A DNA stretch of 64,000 nucleotides from Sminthopsis crassicaudata (GCF_048593235.1 NC_133621.1:112583148-112647147), one strand, 5' to 3'. Counted from the stretch's first letter, positions 13,101 to 28,300 are shown. Notes: a model not told the origin generated them from the letters alone. Numbers and translations are program-made.

Positions 13101-16100
13101 CATACACCCAGAACCATAGGAACAGTGTGGAACACAGCATAGTATTTTCACTTTTTCTGTTATTTGCTTGCATTTTGTTTTCTTTCTCAGTTTTTCTTTT
13201 CCTTCCTTCTTGATCTGATTTTTCTTGGGCAACAAGATAACTGTATAAATACATATACATATATTGGATTTAACATGTATTGGACTACCTGCCAGCTAGG
13301 GGAGGGAGTGGGAGGAAAGTGGGAAAATTTTGGAACAAAAAGTTTTGTAAGGATCAATGTTGAAAAATTACCCATGCATATGCTTTGTTGGGGGGGGTGG
13401 GGGGTGGAAATAATTAATTAATTTTAGAAAAAGAATTTTGCTTCCAAAAATGAACTATTTACTTTTTTCAAATTGCATTAGGGAACAATGTTGCAAGCCA
13501 TTGAAAGATACATGAAGCAAGCCATTGTGGATAAAGTCCCAAGTGTGTCCAGTTCAGCACTGGTGTCTTCATTAGTAAGTAGAGAAATAGCCACAAATTT
13601 ACTATTTATAGCATAGTGTGCAGTTACTGAAACAAGGTATACTTATGATCTCTTATGCAATATTTACTTTTAATAAGTACCCAAAAAACCTGTATTGTTT
13701 TTTCTTAACACTTTTTGTTGTACCATAAAAGAATTGAACAATTAATATTCTTTCTGAAGGCCATTAGTCTCTATGAGCAGTAAATCTATACTAAAGATGG
13801 AAAGGAAAGAAGTGAAGGTCATTTGAGAGCTAAGAGTCTGGCCTATTTTTACTCTCCCCTTATCTCCTCATAAGGAGCACTTCATTTTCCCTCTCCCTGT
13901 CTGTATGTATATGAGTTATCTCCCACCTCTGTATGTCCCTCAAGTAGTTGATACCCTCATGTTATCCTTGTACCATCCAAAATCTTTTATCTAGATAGAT
14001 GTGTATTCCATGAAAATAACTTGTACTCCTCAATCACTATTCTTTCCCTACTTCAAACTCTTACTCACTGGGAACGTACAGTTTAGTTTATCAAGGCAGT
14101 TAACACTGGGCTTAATTAATAGCTTAATGCTTTTGTGGCTGTTTTATTGAATGTACCTTCACCTGCTGGGATATATGGAGCAAATTATTTTGAGGAAAAA
14201 GATTTGTGTTTTTGTTCAGGTAGCTGTACTTGTCCCCCATATCATAGATTAATTTACCAGGGAGTAAAACATGAAATCATTCTTTGGCCAAATATCTTAT
14301 TCCAAGACTTACTTTTGTAAACATCTCTGTTCTCTGGCCACTGTAAGAACAGAGATTCACTGGGGAGAAGGGAAAGGAAGGTCTGCATTTAGCTATCAGG
14401 GATGATGTTGACAGTCAGAGAAGTCCTGAATCCTTCAGTGTAGAAAATCTCCTGGAAGTTGGTTAAGGATTGGACACCTGAAGCTGATTCATAAATTGTC
14501 AAATTTTTTTCTTTTTAGAATAAAATTTCCAAATAAATTTCCAAGACAAATAATACTTCTCAAAATCCAATTATTATGATTTTTTAATTATTGTGAATTT
14601 TTGTTTATATTAATTCCATTTCCCAATATATTCCTCCCTCCAAAAAACCTATGAAATAAAAACAATTCAGTGAAACCAATCAAAAGATCAATTCAGTCTG
14701 ATCATTTATGTGATCTTTCATATCCATATTCCCCTTTAAGCTCGCTTCTCTGAGTCATCTTTGTCATTCTAATCACAACTGTTTTTAGGGGTTTTTTGTC
14801 CTTTATATTGTCATTGTCATCTTTGTGTATATTATTCTCCTGGTTCTGCTTACTTGGCAATGATTCTTAAAAGTCTTCTCAAACTTCTCTGTATTTTTCA
14901 TAGTCATAATTTAATATGGGGAAGTACATTAAGCTTGTTGCTTAGCCATTGCCCAGATCATTTACTATATGTGTGTTTTTATATTGCACAAAAAAGCCTT
15001 GCTGTGTCTATGATTTTTTTTTAATTCCTCAGTAATTCTTAATTTTTGTATACAGCACATGATGAAGATAAGCTACGATGTGGTCAAACGATGGATTAAT
15101 GAAGCTCAAGAAGCTGCTTCAAGTGATAATATCATGGTGCAGGTACTTGTCATTCAGTGTTTTCAGGGTATATCCTAGGAGTAATTGTACATTCACCATG
15201 TAATTTTTATAATTTTGTTTGTTCCCAGTAAGACTAGACAACTAAGGGCATAATTGCTTGGTGTAGAGAACTCTTTAAGTAAGCATTACCACAATTTTTC
15301 ATTTGATGTTATGATTTATGCTTTGCTGCCCTGAACTCTTTGTCCTTTAAGCAGAGACTGCATGATTTTCTTTTAGAGATGTCATACAAGGACTTTCTGT
15401 ATTTGTTGGGAGATCAAATTAGATGCACTCCTCATATCTTTTCTACTTCTAAGATTCTGTACTATTTTTTTTTCTGAAGAATTTAGCATTGGTATTGTGA
15501 GGGAGCCATATTTGGACTTCTTACACTCTGGTCATAATTTTTGTAAAAATTCTAAAGAAAACTACTTAATTCTGCACCATTTTGAAATCTTCTTGGAAGA
15601 ATCAGAATAATTACAAGTTGCTGCTTCATCAAAATTCAGATACTTTTCTCTGTAAAGTTGAGTTCTAATTGGGTCACAATTATTTCTTTTGAAACTTATT
15701 ATCTTTTATTATAAGAAGCAACACTAAGCTACTGAAGCCTAAAGAACCCCACTTATTTGGAAAATATCTTAATTCTCCTTAAATACTTGGGATTTTGGAA
15801 TTGTAGGAAGATGGTTGATATTTTAAGACCTAGAAGAACTCAGATCTCACACAGAATGTTTCAGTAAATGTCTAAAAATACACCAAAAGGAGTAATGGTA
15901 AAAGCAAAGAGAAGTAACTCTTAGTTCCTCCATCCAGTTCATGACTGGACAGAAAAGACCACTAGGGTCTTGCGGAGGCTTTGAGCTAAACTAAATCAGT
16001 AAAGTTGGGGTGGGATGAGGGGGAAAGGAGAGTAAAGGCAGAGTGCATAACTGAACTCACACCAGGGGATAATGGAGAGGCATGTGGCTTAGTACTCAGA

Positions 16101-16616
16101 AAGCCTGTACTCAGGCCAGTGCCCGGATAGTACAGCACATCTGAGATGCAAAGCCCAGAAGTATTGTAAGAAGTTTGTTTACAGCACAACTGACATCTTG
16201 TTGGATATCCGTCAGGGTCATGGCAAGGATAGAAACAATTCCAAATTCAGATTGATGCAAATGGAAGGAGACAGAGTAAAATCCAAAACCTACATTAGTC
16301 CTCAAGGGATTGAGCCAAAATCCAGAAATTCTGTACCATGCATCAACTAGTCTTAACCAAGTTCTCCTGGACCAAGCAGAGACTGCCTACTCCATCAGAA
16401 AAAGTACAGGAAGAAATAGAATCTTGACAAAATCACAAGATCCCAAATCAGAAACTGAGGCTCCAAAGAAAGTAAACAAAAGAGGGGTAGCTAGGTGGTG
16501 CAGTGGATATAGAGCACCAGCCTTGAATTCAGGCGGACCCGAGTTCAAATCTGGTCTCAAGACACTTAACACTTCCTAGCTGTGTGACCCTGGGCAAGTC
16601 ACTTAACCCCAACCTC

Positions 16617-16648
<32 letters not shown>

Positions 16649-19273
16649 CAGAAGAAATGCCAGCCCAGATAGAGCCTCAGAGAATAAGGACAATAAAAGT
16701 ACCTAGAAGAAATAAAGCAAGAGATATATAATGTTAAATATTTAGACCTTTTATATTTTGTTTGTTTAAGAAAGCTGTTTGAGAGAAATTAGTGATTTTT
16801 CAGGTACAATTTCCTTTGTTCCCTTTGTAGCCCTAAATGAAATAGAATGTAGCCAAGCAAATAATTCTACTTTTGCAAGCCTGTTCTAAGAAATCACCTT
16901 TCAGGTGAAGCCAAATTATTTAAATTAGCCCTAGAGAAGACTTTTTCTTCCTGATTTAGCCTTAACTTTCTGAGATACTTGATTCTGGGCCTATGCTAGG
17001 TCATGTGAAACCCAAAAGTCTTCTTCAATCTGGACAACATCTTAAAAACTGTCAGTGTGGACTTACAGGCCAAATTTGGAGTAGAAATAGATTGAGCGGA
17101 GTGGGTAGGGCAAGGGAAATGATTCTTCATATTTAATTCTTTCTCATGTTGTTCCATGTAGTCATACTTCCATCTTGATTGGATTTGAATTTGATTGAAA
17201 AAATGGAAGTCTATCTTGAAAGTAACTGTATTACTTTTTTTGTCAGGAAATCATTAATCTAGATTCATGTGACCACATCAAAAAGCTTCAACATGTTTTT
17301 GATATGATTTTGGCGGTGTTTTGTCCTGCTTTTTGGTTAGTTTTCTATATGTTATTCTTCCTAGTATCATGCCTTGGGAGTCCTGTACCATCTCAGGAAG
17401 AATGATCGCCTTGCTGTTTCTAAGATGTTGAATAAGTTCACCAAATCTGGGCTGAAGTCCCAGTTTGCTTACTGCATGCTAATACGAATCGCTAGTCGCC
17501 TCCTGAAAGAAACTGAGGAGAGGTAAATTGCTGCCTCTACTTAAACCAGAAGTGATTTCAACTTTTAAGTTCAATATACATTGACTTAGTTTTCTACCTT
17601 GAGTATCATGCAATATAAACATAATTTTGTCTAATCTGAAAAAAAAAAAAAAAGAGGTTTCTTACTTGATAAATATTGGTAAGTGGAAGTTAATTATCCT
17701 CATAATATAGAGGTGATTATGAGTTCTTAAAAGTTACATTAGTTGCGTTTCATTGCTAATTCCTATCTAGCTGTAAATAATGTCAAGCACTGTATTTTTG
17801 TTCTCTGAAGATATATAACTAAAGTCAAAGAGATTCAGCAACGAAGGGTTGGCTCTTGGGCAGTGAATTTTGGCCCATGAAAATACTGTATTTTCAGTTG
17901 TGGAGAGTATTTCAATGTTTATTGAACTGAATACCCATGTTAATAGAATCACTTGGAATATTAAAGCTAGCAATAGTAAACAAACCTGTTACTAATAGAG
18001 ATGTTTAAAGATCACAAACTACATAGATCATTGGACTTGGAAGTTTTAAGAGAAATTAAATAGGCTCTATCCCACCTGTCTGATCTCTGTCCTAGACAAG
18101 AGAACTAAAGCACAGAAAATTGAAGTGAGAAGCCCAGAGTCGCACTGCCATCTACTGGGAGAAGATAATTTGAAGATCCCAGACTTCCTGATTTACCAGT
18201 TTACCATACTTTGAGAAAGTTAGGGTTTTATTTTCCAGGTCCTGTTTGAACTACAGAACCGCAATTTTTTTCTTTTTCCTTGTTAAAAAAAAAAAAAAGA
18301 AATACTTTTGCAGCAACAGTTTCCAGTTGAGTTTTAGAAAGTGTTGCAAAAGTATGCTGAAGTTGGAATGTTTTTAATATCCTTTAAAGTCGTATTCCTT
18401 TCTCATTTATATTAGAACTTATTATAGTGTAGAGTTAGTGATGAATTATAAACCATAGCATAAGAATGTAGAGATTTCATAGTAAAACTATGACGGATTT
18501 AGTAGCAAGTTTTAATGACCAAAATGTTGGAAGTTGGCTTAGAACAGAAAAGATTTTTTGATTCTGTTGTCGATAATCCTATTTTACATACAACACCAGG
18601 ATGAAATTATGTCTTCAAAGTAAATGATCCTTTGCAGTAGATAGGATAAGAATTTTTAAAAGTTGTTTATTTTAGTTATTAACTTTTTAGTAAATTAAAA
18701 CTATAATTCCTCAAATGAGGGATCACCCTTTATTTCATGATATAGATCGCATGGTTAAACATTTTGTTGCTAAATCCAACTTTTTAATTATGAGCCTGTT
18801 TTCCTTCTAGCCACGAAAGTCCGCTGTTTGATTTCATTGAGAGCTGCTTACGAAACAAACATGAAATGGTTATCTATGAAGCTGCTTCAGCTATTATCCA
18901 TCTCCCCAATTGTACTGCGAGGGAGCTGGCACCTGCTGTTTCAGGTTTGTTGAATATTTGGAAAGCAGTATAATACATAAGCTGTTGGATTTTTATGTCC
19001 ATGGCTTATTAGTTGACCTAGGTTGATAGCATCCTCATTCCTTAGCCTTCAGGTTGGAAGTTTATGCTCTATTGCATTTTATTCAAAAATAGTTATTTCT
19101 CTATTTAGCATTCCTCCTACATGCAAACTTTTAAAATATAGCAACCAAGTGACATTACTGTCATACCTTGGTATACCTTTTCAATTCAAAATTTTCTTAT
19201 ATTTTCAGTTTTTTTTTTTAAAGCCATACAAATAAAACTGTTAGAATAAATTAATGCACCTCTTGCTATGTAG

Positions 19274-19310
<37 letters not shown>

Positions 19311-22300
19311 TTTGAGTCTGGGGTTAAGTGACTTGCCCAGGGTCACACAGCTAGGAAGTGTTAAGTGTCTGGGACCAGATTTGAACTTGGGTCTTCCTGA
19401 ATTCAAGGCTGGTGCTCTATATCCACTGTGCCACCTAGCTGCCCTGCTATGTAGTTTTCTTAATTGAGCAAGAATGCATTTTATAACTTTCTATCTATAC
19501 TAAGATCTGGTTTGTCATTGATAATTTCAGATTTTCCTCTAGATGTGTTCTGAGTAAAAAATATTTTTGTAGTTATTTTGAGCTGCCACTATTAAGAGTA
19601 AAGACCCTCATATTAACAATTTTTTGTTTTTAGTTCTTCAGCTTTTTTGCAGTTCTCCCAAGCCAGCCTTGAGATATGCAGCTGTGAGGACCTTAAACAA
19701 GGTAACTTACTTTTATATTATCCAGCAATCTATTCCATGTGTAGAGAATTTGATGTCTGTGGTGATATCTTTGATGAGTAAGACTTTTAGTCATATCTGT
19801 GACCTTGTATGAATTTTTTGGTCACCAGTTTACCATCTGTTAAATAGGGATGATGAAATTGTCTTACACTTAACCTAAGATAGGTATTCGGTTGGAGGAC
19901 ATCCTTGTATTGATATTCTTGGGTATGCTTGAACAACATGAACATAATTATTATCCCTTCCAATGGACTTTATAAAGCAAGATACAGACAAATGAAGAAA
20001 GGATGTTAGTAGAGAGAGAGGAGTCTCATTTTAAAAGAGCCATAATATAGATGAATAAGAATAACTGATTTATCTTTATATTGCCTTAAATTCAGTAATT
20101 CAGTTCAATAAACATTTAAGTGCCTACTCTATGCCTGAAACTATGAGAAGTGCTGGAGATAAAATGGGGAAGACTACATACCAGGGGAAACTAGGTAGGC
20201 AAAGCAGGATGGCATACTTCCCCCTCCCATTTGTTCTGTGGACTTGAAATCAGAGCTGCTGAAGTAAAGTGGAATGGGCTGCAAAGCTCAGGTCCAGCTC
20301 ACTATGAAGGAAGGTTTTGGGAGAAGACTTGGGGGGGGGGGAGGAAAGGGGAGGGAAAAGGAAAAAGGGGAAGTGTTGAGGATATGTAGGTTGAGTTAAA
20401 CAGCCTGGGATGGAGATTGATGTGAGAGGCACTTAAGACCAAGCAGACCAGGCTTCACAACTGAGCTTCTCCTTCTAGAGGGTAGATAGAGTAAACTCAA
20501 TCCACTAGCCTAGTAATTCTGGTTTATGACTAGAATTTAGAATGAAATGAGACATTCTTGATACATTCAGGAGTAAATAAAAGCCAATCAGTTAACAAGT
20601 AACACTTCTTGTGTTCTAGGCACTGGCTAAGTGCTAGAGATCCAAAGAAAAGCAAAACCAGTCCCTGCCATCAAGGAGTTCACATTCTAATGAGGAAGAT
20701 AATTATGTAAACAGCTAGCTACATCTGAGATACTGATACATATTAGAGGAAAGGTGATCTCTGATAAGAAGGTACTAGCTTATGGGGAACCAGGAAAAGC
20801 ATTTGAGCATTTATTACTTCTGAAAAGAAGGTAAAATTTTAGCTGTTTTTAACAAAACCAGAAAAATTAAGAGGTAAAGATGAGGAGAATGTCCCATATG
20901 TAGGAGCTAATGCAAAGGCATGGAGATAGGAAATTTTGTGTTTTGTACTAGAAATAGCAAGTTAGGCCATTGTAAACTAGATCATTGTGGAGGGAGTAAA
21001 AAGGAAAAGGGAGTAAAATGTAAGAAAATGGAATGTATAATAAAGAGACCAGGTTGAAAAGAGCTTTAAATGTAAAACAAAGGACTTTATTTTTTATTTT
21101 GAAGGTAATCAAAAGCCACTAAAGTTTGAATATAAAGGAAGTGACATGGTCCCTGTATTTTCAGAAAATTCCTTGGGATACTATGGGAAGGATGGATTAG
21201 AATTGGGAAATACTTGAGGCAGTCCATGTAGGCGACCATTGTTGTAGTCTAGGGGAGAGGCAAAGAGGGCCTGAACTTGAGTGCTGGCTATGTGAAAGAA
21301 ATGATGGCAGAATGGCAGGATTCTGCAATGAATTGATTGTGTGCAATGTGAGAATAAGTAATCTGGGATGACCCCAAAGTTGTGAACCTGTGGGCCTGGG
21401 AAAAGGATAGTGATGCCTTAAGAAATTTGTCTTGGAAGAAAAAGAGCTTTCCTTAGTTACCATAGGGAATGGAAATTCAGCAAGAATACATTCTTGACTC
21501 ATAGCACTGCAGCTTTCCCCATCTGTTTCCCTGGAAGGTCCACTAGACAGAAACCTGAAGAAGCAGCTGCAGTTCTTTATGCCTTAGGCCTTTTGTGTAC
21601 TTGAGCGAACCTTTAGACTCTTGAGATAATTGAATCTGAAGGATCATTTTAGGACCTTTTAAGGAGAAGAACAAGTTTTATCCATGTGGTGAGTGGACCT
21701 TGGTGTAGATATTCCTTCTACCACAATTATAATATTCTAGGAACTCTGCTGATTACAGAGAAGTACAAAATTGGACCTTCATCCATAAAGAGCTAGCAAT
21801 CTAGTTGACATGATAAACATGTGAAAAGTTAAATATTGATAAAAGATCTGAGGACTTCTGGACCTTGACAAAAGATGTTACAAATCTGTATAAAATAAAA
21901 TTTTAAAATAATACCTGAACATCCTGTGTAAAGTTGCCAGGACTGTGGCTTCTCAATAAACTGAATACTTTACAACAAAATCTTACCTTGCCTACCAGAG
22001 TTTTCTCCCATAATTCATTCAGGAGAGCAAAAGGGGATGAGGCTAATCCTTTAGAGAATGATTGCCATGTGAACCAAGGTAGGGTATGTCCTTATGTTCC
22101 ATGTAGGTTTAAACATGAGTCTTACCTTTTCTTTAAAATAGTTTTTATTTTTTTTCTTTTAACTGATTTTTTTTTTTTTCTTTTCCAGGTGGCCATGAAA
22201 CACCCTTCTGCAGTGACAGCCTGCAACCTGGACCTAGAAAACTTGATCACAGACTCAAATCGCAGCATTGCTACCCTGGCCATTACCACACTCCTGAAAA

Positions 22301-25300
22301 CAGGAAGTGAGAGCAGTGTAGATAGGCTCATGAAGCAGATTTCATCTTTTGTTTCTGAGATCTCTGATGAGTTCAAGGTAATATATGTCTTATTGAGTTA
22401 GGATTGGTGCTATTTCAAACCAAGCTTTTTGGTGGACTTAACTGTTAGAAACATATTTCTTGCTTATTGATTTTTTTCCCTCACATATAAGACATATTAG
22501 ATTAAATTTAATTAATCTGCAGTGAGATTTAGGTTTTTAGAGCTAAAAGGTTGTCTGAGGGAATTCTTTTGGGTTTTGAAACTGGACTTTCTCCTCAGCT
22601 ATAACAAAAACTTGAATTTTTTATAACTAAGACTGGAATACAATTCAGAATCAAAATGGTAAGTTCATGCTTCTGATTATTTTTGAAATTCATTACATTC
22701 AGGTATGTCATATGTTTATTGTGTTTTTTTCTTTTACTAGAATTGATGCTTCCATTAAAATTTTAGGAAAAAAATTTTTATTCCTCAGCCTAAATTTTAC
22801 AAAAATTTATCTTTTAAGGTGTCATTAAATATCATTTTGACATTTGTTAACAAGCGGATGAAACAAATTTCTTGATTTTACAATCAGGGAAAGATGATTT
22901 CTTTATCCATTCTTATTTAAAAGTTAGTTTTATGACTATGAAGTTTGAATGACTTAAATGACCAACTTTATAAACTCAATGATTGGCATATACCTTTTTT
23001 ATTAAGGAATTAAGCTAATATATCTGACATTCTGAGACTTAGCATTTATTAGGTTTTGTTAGCTTAGACAACCATAGCATCACCCAACTTGTATTCAGAA
23101 GGAAAAGTGTTCAAGTTATGGAAATATCTTTTCATCTCTCTGTTCTTTGTTCTTCCCAGGTTGTAGTGGTGCAGGCTATCAGTGCTCTGTGTCAGAAGTA
23201 CCCTCGAAAGCACAGCGTCATGATGACTTTTCTCTCCAATATGCTACGAGATGATGTACGTGTATTTTTTGTTAAGGAATTTAAAACAACTGACTTTTGT
23301 TAATTCCCTTTGGACACTGATATTTTAGGCAAAGAGGATTCTTCTACCTCAAGCCTGTTTGCCGAATTATTTTACCTCGTTTTGACTGCTTCTTACAGTG
23401 ATCTTACTTGTCATTAGAGTGATGCATATTTATTCCTTTTCTAAATGGAAAAGAAAATGAGAATGGCATATTGTAAGCATGAACTTGGAGATACATGTAA
23501 TTCCTCAGGGACTAACAGGCTAACTGACTGAAAAGGACTTTTCTCATTTGCCAGGGAGGCTTTAAATATAAGCGAGCCATTGTAGACTGCATAATCAACA
23601 TAGTAGAAGAGAATCCTGAGAGTAAAGAGTCTGGTCTAGCTCACCTCTGTGAGTTCATTGAAGATTGTGAACACACTGTGCTGGCCACCAAGATCCTCCA
23701 CTTGTTGGGGAAAGAGGGTCCCCGGACACCTGTTCCCTCCAAGTACATTCGTTTCATTTTCAACAGGGTAGTGCTGGAGAATGAGGCTGTCAGGGCTGGT
23801 GAGTCACATGAAAACTGACTTTAATTTGTTACTACTTTTATTCTTTTGATTACTTTTTGTGGTGGGATGGAGAAGGAGTTGTGAAATGAAGGGGGCAAGC
23901 TTGTCCACACGAGAGGTTCTCAGAGCACAAGTTAGTCTCTGATTGTGCAGATCTTTACCTCTTCTGTTTTCATTCCAGTTTCTATCCAACTTCCATAAAT
24001 GGAAGATGTGAACCACCTTTAGTTCCCTGGGTTCTAAAGAATTGACTACCTTAAGTAACCAAATGAGTAGCATGTGAGCCACTCTCAGTTACTGAGACAA
24101 TGAGAGGACTTTGTCATTGTTTTGAGAAATATGCACAGTTGTAAAACATGGGTTCTAGACTTTTGTCCTATACCCAGGATTAGTTTTTTAGAACAAGGTT
24201 TAAGTCTGACTAGTGTTTGTAAGAAAAGAGGAAGGAAAAGGAACCAAAAGATGATATTTGTAATGTCTATGTTCCTATTTACACATATTTCCCTTATCTC
24301 TGAGGAAAATTGGGGGTGGGGGGGAAATTGGTTTGCAAACCTTAAAGTGCTATATAAATAGGACTTATTCTTTTTATATCATATGAGTTCATGGTAGGCT
24401 CTTGGCCCTACTGGATTCTCTTAAAGCATTATAGTGTAACAAATAAGATAAAGAATCCTTTAGCAAAGCAAACAAGTCTCTGTTCTCTGTAGTAGGATGA
24501 ATCAAGAAATGTGAGGTATTGAACAGGAAAAGAAAGCTATGGTTATTTTTGCAGTTCTGCTTAACTCTGGAAACTAATGGCTGATTTTTGTATTGCTTCA
24601 GCTGCTGTCAGTGCTTTGGCCAAATTTGGAGCGCAGAATGAAAATCTTCTCCCAAGCATCCTTGTACTCTTACAGAGGTAAATAGGTAAATTGTGGTCTT
24701 CCTGTAGGAAGAATCTCTGTTGCTGAATGGATGGGTTGTGGTATACAGACTCTGAGTAAGATTGATGTGTTGTCAGCAGCAGGGACATCCCATTCTCTTT
24801 CATTTTACACACGTTCAAACATTAATGAACGGACGTTTAATTTCATCAGGATCCCTTCCCTAGACAGGATAAATAATCCATCATTAGGTCCATTCTTGAA
24901 ACCATTTCAACTAGAGCTTAAGTTCTTTTGATATAACCTTTAGAGTCCAAGTTCCCCTCTACACTATACAACTATTACTTGAATTCTACACAAAGTTTCT
25001 ACAAAAATTATTTATGAGAAGAGTTGAATTAAAATGTAGTTGTTGAACTTCTAAACACAGCCACACTGCTGTTCTTTTATGTAACTTTTTTTTTCCCCCT
25101 GAGTCAATTGGGATTAAGTGACTTGCCCAGAGTCACACAGCCAGGCTGGTGCTCTATCTACTTTGCCACTTAGGTGTCCCTTCTTTTATGTAACTTTTAA
25201 GAACATGACCAAAACTTCTATTTTTTAGTCTTTATAATTGGGCCTACCATTTGAAAAGGAGGAAGGCCTAAGACTGCCTGGCTAGCTCAGTTAGTAGAGC

Positions 25301-28300
25301 ATAAAACTCTTAATCCCAGGATATAGGTTTGCCCCCTCCCCCTGCATTGGGTGAGTTGTTTGGTCATCTAGGTGTTCAGTAATTAAAATGCCAGGCCTAG
25401 AATCAGAAAGCTCTGAATTCAAATCTTCCCTCAGATACTTATTGGATGTGTGACCCTTGGTATGTCTCTTAACCCTGTTCTCAGTTTCCTCATCTCTAAA
25501 AGGAGCTGAAGAAAGAAATGGAAAACCCCTACATGGTTTTGGTCTCCATGACCAAATGGGGTCATGAAGAATCAGATAGGACTGAACAACAACAAGGTCG
25601 GAGACAATACACTTATCAGAGTAGATTTTTGAAAACACTGTAGCCATAGATGAGAAAGAATAGAACTATTGCAGCATAACCCTTTCAGAACTTTGTATTT
25701 ACTCTACTGACTTACTCTTTCATTTGAAGAAAGCGAGTTTATCAGATTCAGTTCAGCTATAAAGGCTGGTTTGAAACAAAACAGATTTTTAAAAATCAAA
25801 TTAATAATCACACCTTACAGCTAACATTTCTTCAAGGATAGTCGAAAATTTTTCTGATTCATCCTCATAATTTGGCTAAATATTGTGGGAAACATCCATG
25901 ATTTTTAACTGCAATGTACATGATCCCATTAGTGGCTCAATGACAGAGGCAGCATATCTAATACAAATATTTAGTGCTCTATTCTTTCATCCTTATATTT
26001 TGTGCATAGGGGCAGGCATTGATGATTTTATTCCTCTTTATAAAAATGAAACTGCCCTATAATTCAGAGTAGTGTGTAAGTTTTATGGTGGCTTTGAAAT
26101 TAGTTTGCAATTATTAAGCCTTTTGTGCAGATAAAAACAAATGGTCTGAACATTCAAATTGTTTAAAAAAGTGTTTGGAGGCTCCTGGGACACTATGACA
26201 TAGCTACTCTTCCCCTGAGCAGGTGTATGATGGATACTGATGACGAGGTACGGGACCGAGCTACCTTCTATCTGAATGTGTTGCAGCAGAAGCAGATGGC
26301 ACTGAATGCTGCATACATCTTCAATGGTCAGTAAGGGTCCAGAACATGGCCAGATACATATCTCTGTTTCCTAGATGCTATCTTGGAGAGGTATAAGGTC
26401 TCATGGTAATTCAGTACGAACCTGAATTGTCATCTCAAAGAAAACTGAATTTCTTGGGAGAAACACTTAATGTGTTTCTTTTAATATGAGTTTCTAGCGG
26501 TCATTATCTTAACTGCATTTTACAATATGGAGTCTTGATAGGCTTGTGAATCTGTTCTTTTGACTATGTCCATTTAGTCGTCGTCCTTCCTTGAAATGAA
26601 GGCAGTCTATATGAAGTTCTTAAGAGAAAGCACAAGAATCTCTCATTATCTTCTCACATTTTCCTTGAATAATCCCCTCAATCTCCCCAGTTTAAAATCC
26701 TCATACCTTCTTTCCCTTTGCTCATATTTGTCATGTCAAATGGACTTCCTTATCCTGGAGATTTCCCCTTCATTAAAAAAACTGTATATTTTGCTCACAT
26801 ATTTGAGGTTGTTGTTTTGTAGAACTGATTTTATTTTTCTCATTATCTGGGCTGCTTCAGGTCATGGCTTTGTGGCCAGCCTGGATTCTAGGGCTTTTTG
26901 TGCTGAACTGCTGTCTTTTACAGGTCTGACAGTCTCAATACCAGGGATGGAAAAAGCCTTGCACCAGTACACATTGTCGCCCTCAGAGAAGCCCTTTGAC
27001 CTGAAGTCTGTTCCTCTTGCTACTGCCCCTGTCTTTGAACAGAAAGCAGGTAATGTAGCAGCTGCTTTGCTGCCTATTTGCTGGGTAGAACAGCATCAGC
27101 TCTGTGGCAGTTGTGTAAAATAGCACATGTCTCAAACACCAGATTCACTTGTTTCTTCCCGTCACTCCACATTCCTCATTCTTTTGAGATCTAGGTTGGT
27201 AGATAATGGTTTTTTGTCTTGGATTAGTGACATCCCCCAGCCTCTGCTATGCTATAAAAGGCAAGACTGTGAAATAGAACCCAGGAAAATAAAAGATAGT
27301 GACCCACAGGAGGATCTCTAAAAGCAAGCGGTGGGACAGCTGAAGTAGACTGATGCATTATCCCCTAAAACAGGAAGTAATAGATCAAAGATCTCTATCT
27401 TGTTATCCTATGTTTTTCTGGTTTTAAGTTTTGGTTGCAAAAGGCTCATAGTACAGGAAAATGAGAGAATCAGAAAATAAACCCAGTGAATATGCAATTT
27501 GAAAATTCAAATAAAAAAATATTTGAGTAGAGAACTGCCTGGGAACCCAATGTCTTGGATTTAGTTCCTAGCCCTGGCACAGTTTACCTGAGCATACCAC
27601 TTTTCCTCTATTCCCACTGCTAGTTCTCTAGCTTGGGTAAGCAGTCTACCAGGACCTCCCAAGTCTACCTTTTTCCCTCTCTATTCCATTTTTCTTGTTC
27701 CTATGAAACTAGGTTATATGTGTATATATTCTTTGATTTTTTTTCTTGTCACACTTCACCCTTTAATATCTTGGTTGTTATGGTACTGGGTCTTTTAATT
27801 GGTTTTGTTTATCTCTCTCCCCCCAAGTATAAGAACAATATCCTATCTAAATTTTCTAGTCCTCCACTGCCTAACAATATACTTTACAGTAGGTACTCAG
27901 TAGATGCTGGTTCTTTTAGTAAGGAAATTGTTAGACTTGTAATAGATACTGATGAGATTTCTTCTTATCTTTGTAGAAATCACACTTGTGGCCAATAAGC
28001 CAGAGAAGTTGGCTCCGTCCAGACAGGATATATTTCAAGGTAGGAGGCAAAGGGGTCTGACAGATGAAAGTGATAGAAAGAATGACTTTTGGATCCTAGG
28101 CATTCAAATATAGTGAATCTCTACTATCTATACCATAAATTGTATAACTCCTAAAGGAAATCTGCATGTGACTGAATGGGGGCTATAAGTTCCTGCCATG
28201 AAAATTACATGTTACCTGTTAGGTGCTGGGTTAAAATGAAAAAGTTGTAATTTTCCAGAGGAAGAATTATTGTTGCTCTGTGGTTTTTCTAAACAATGTT

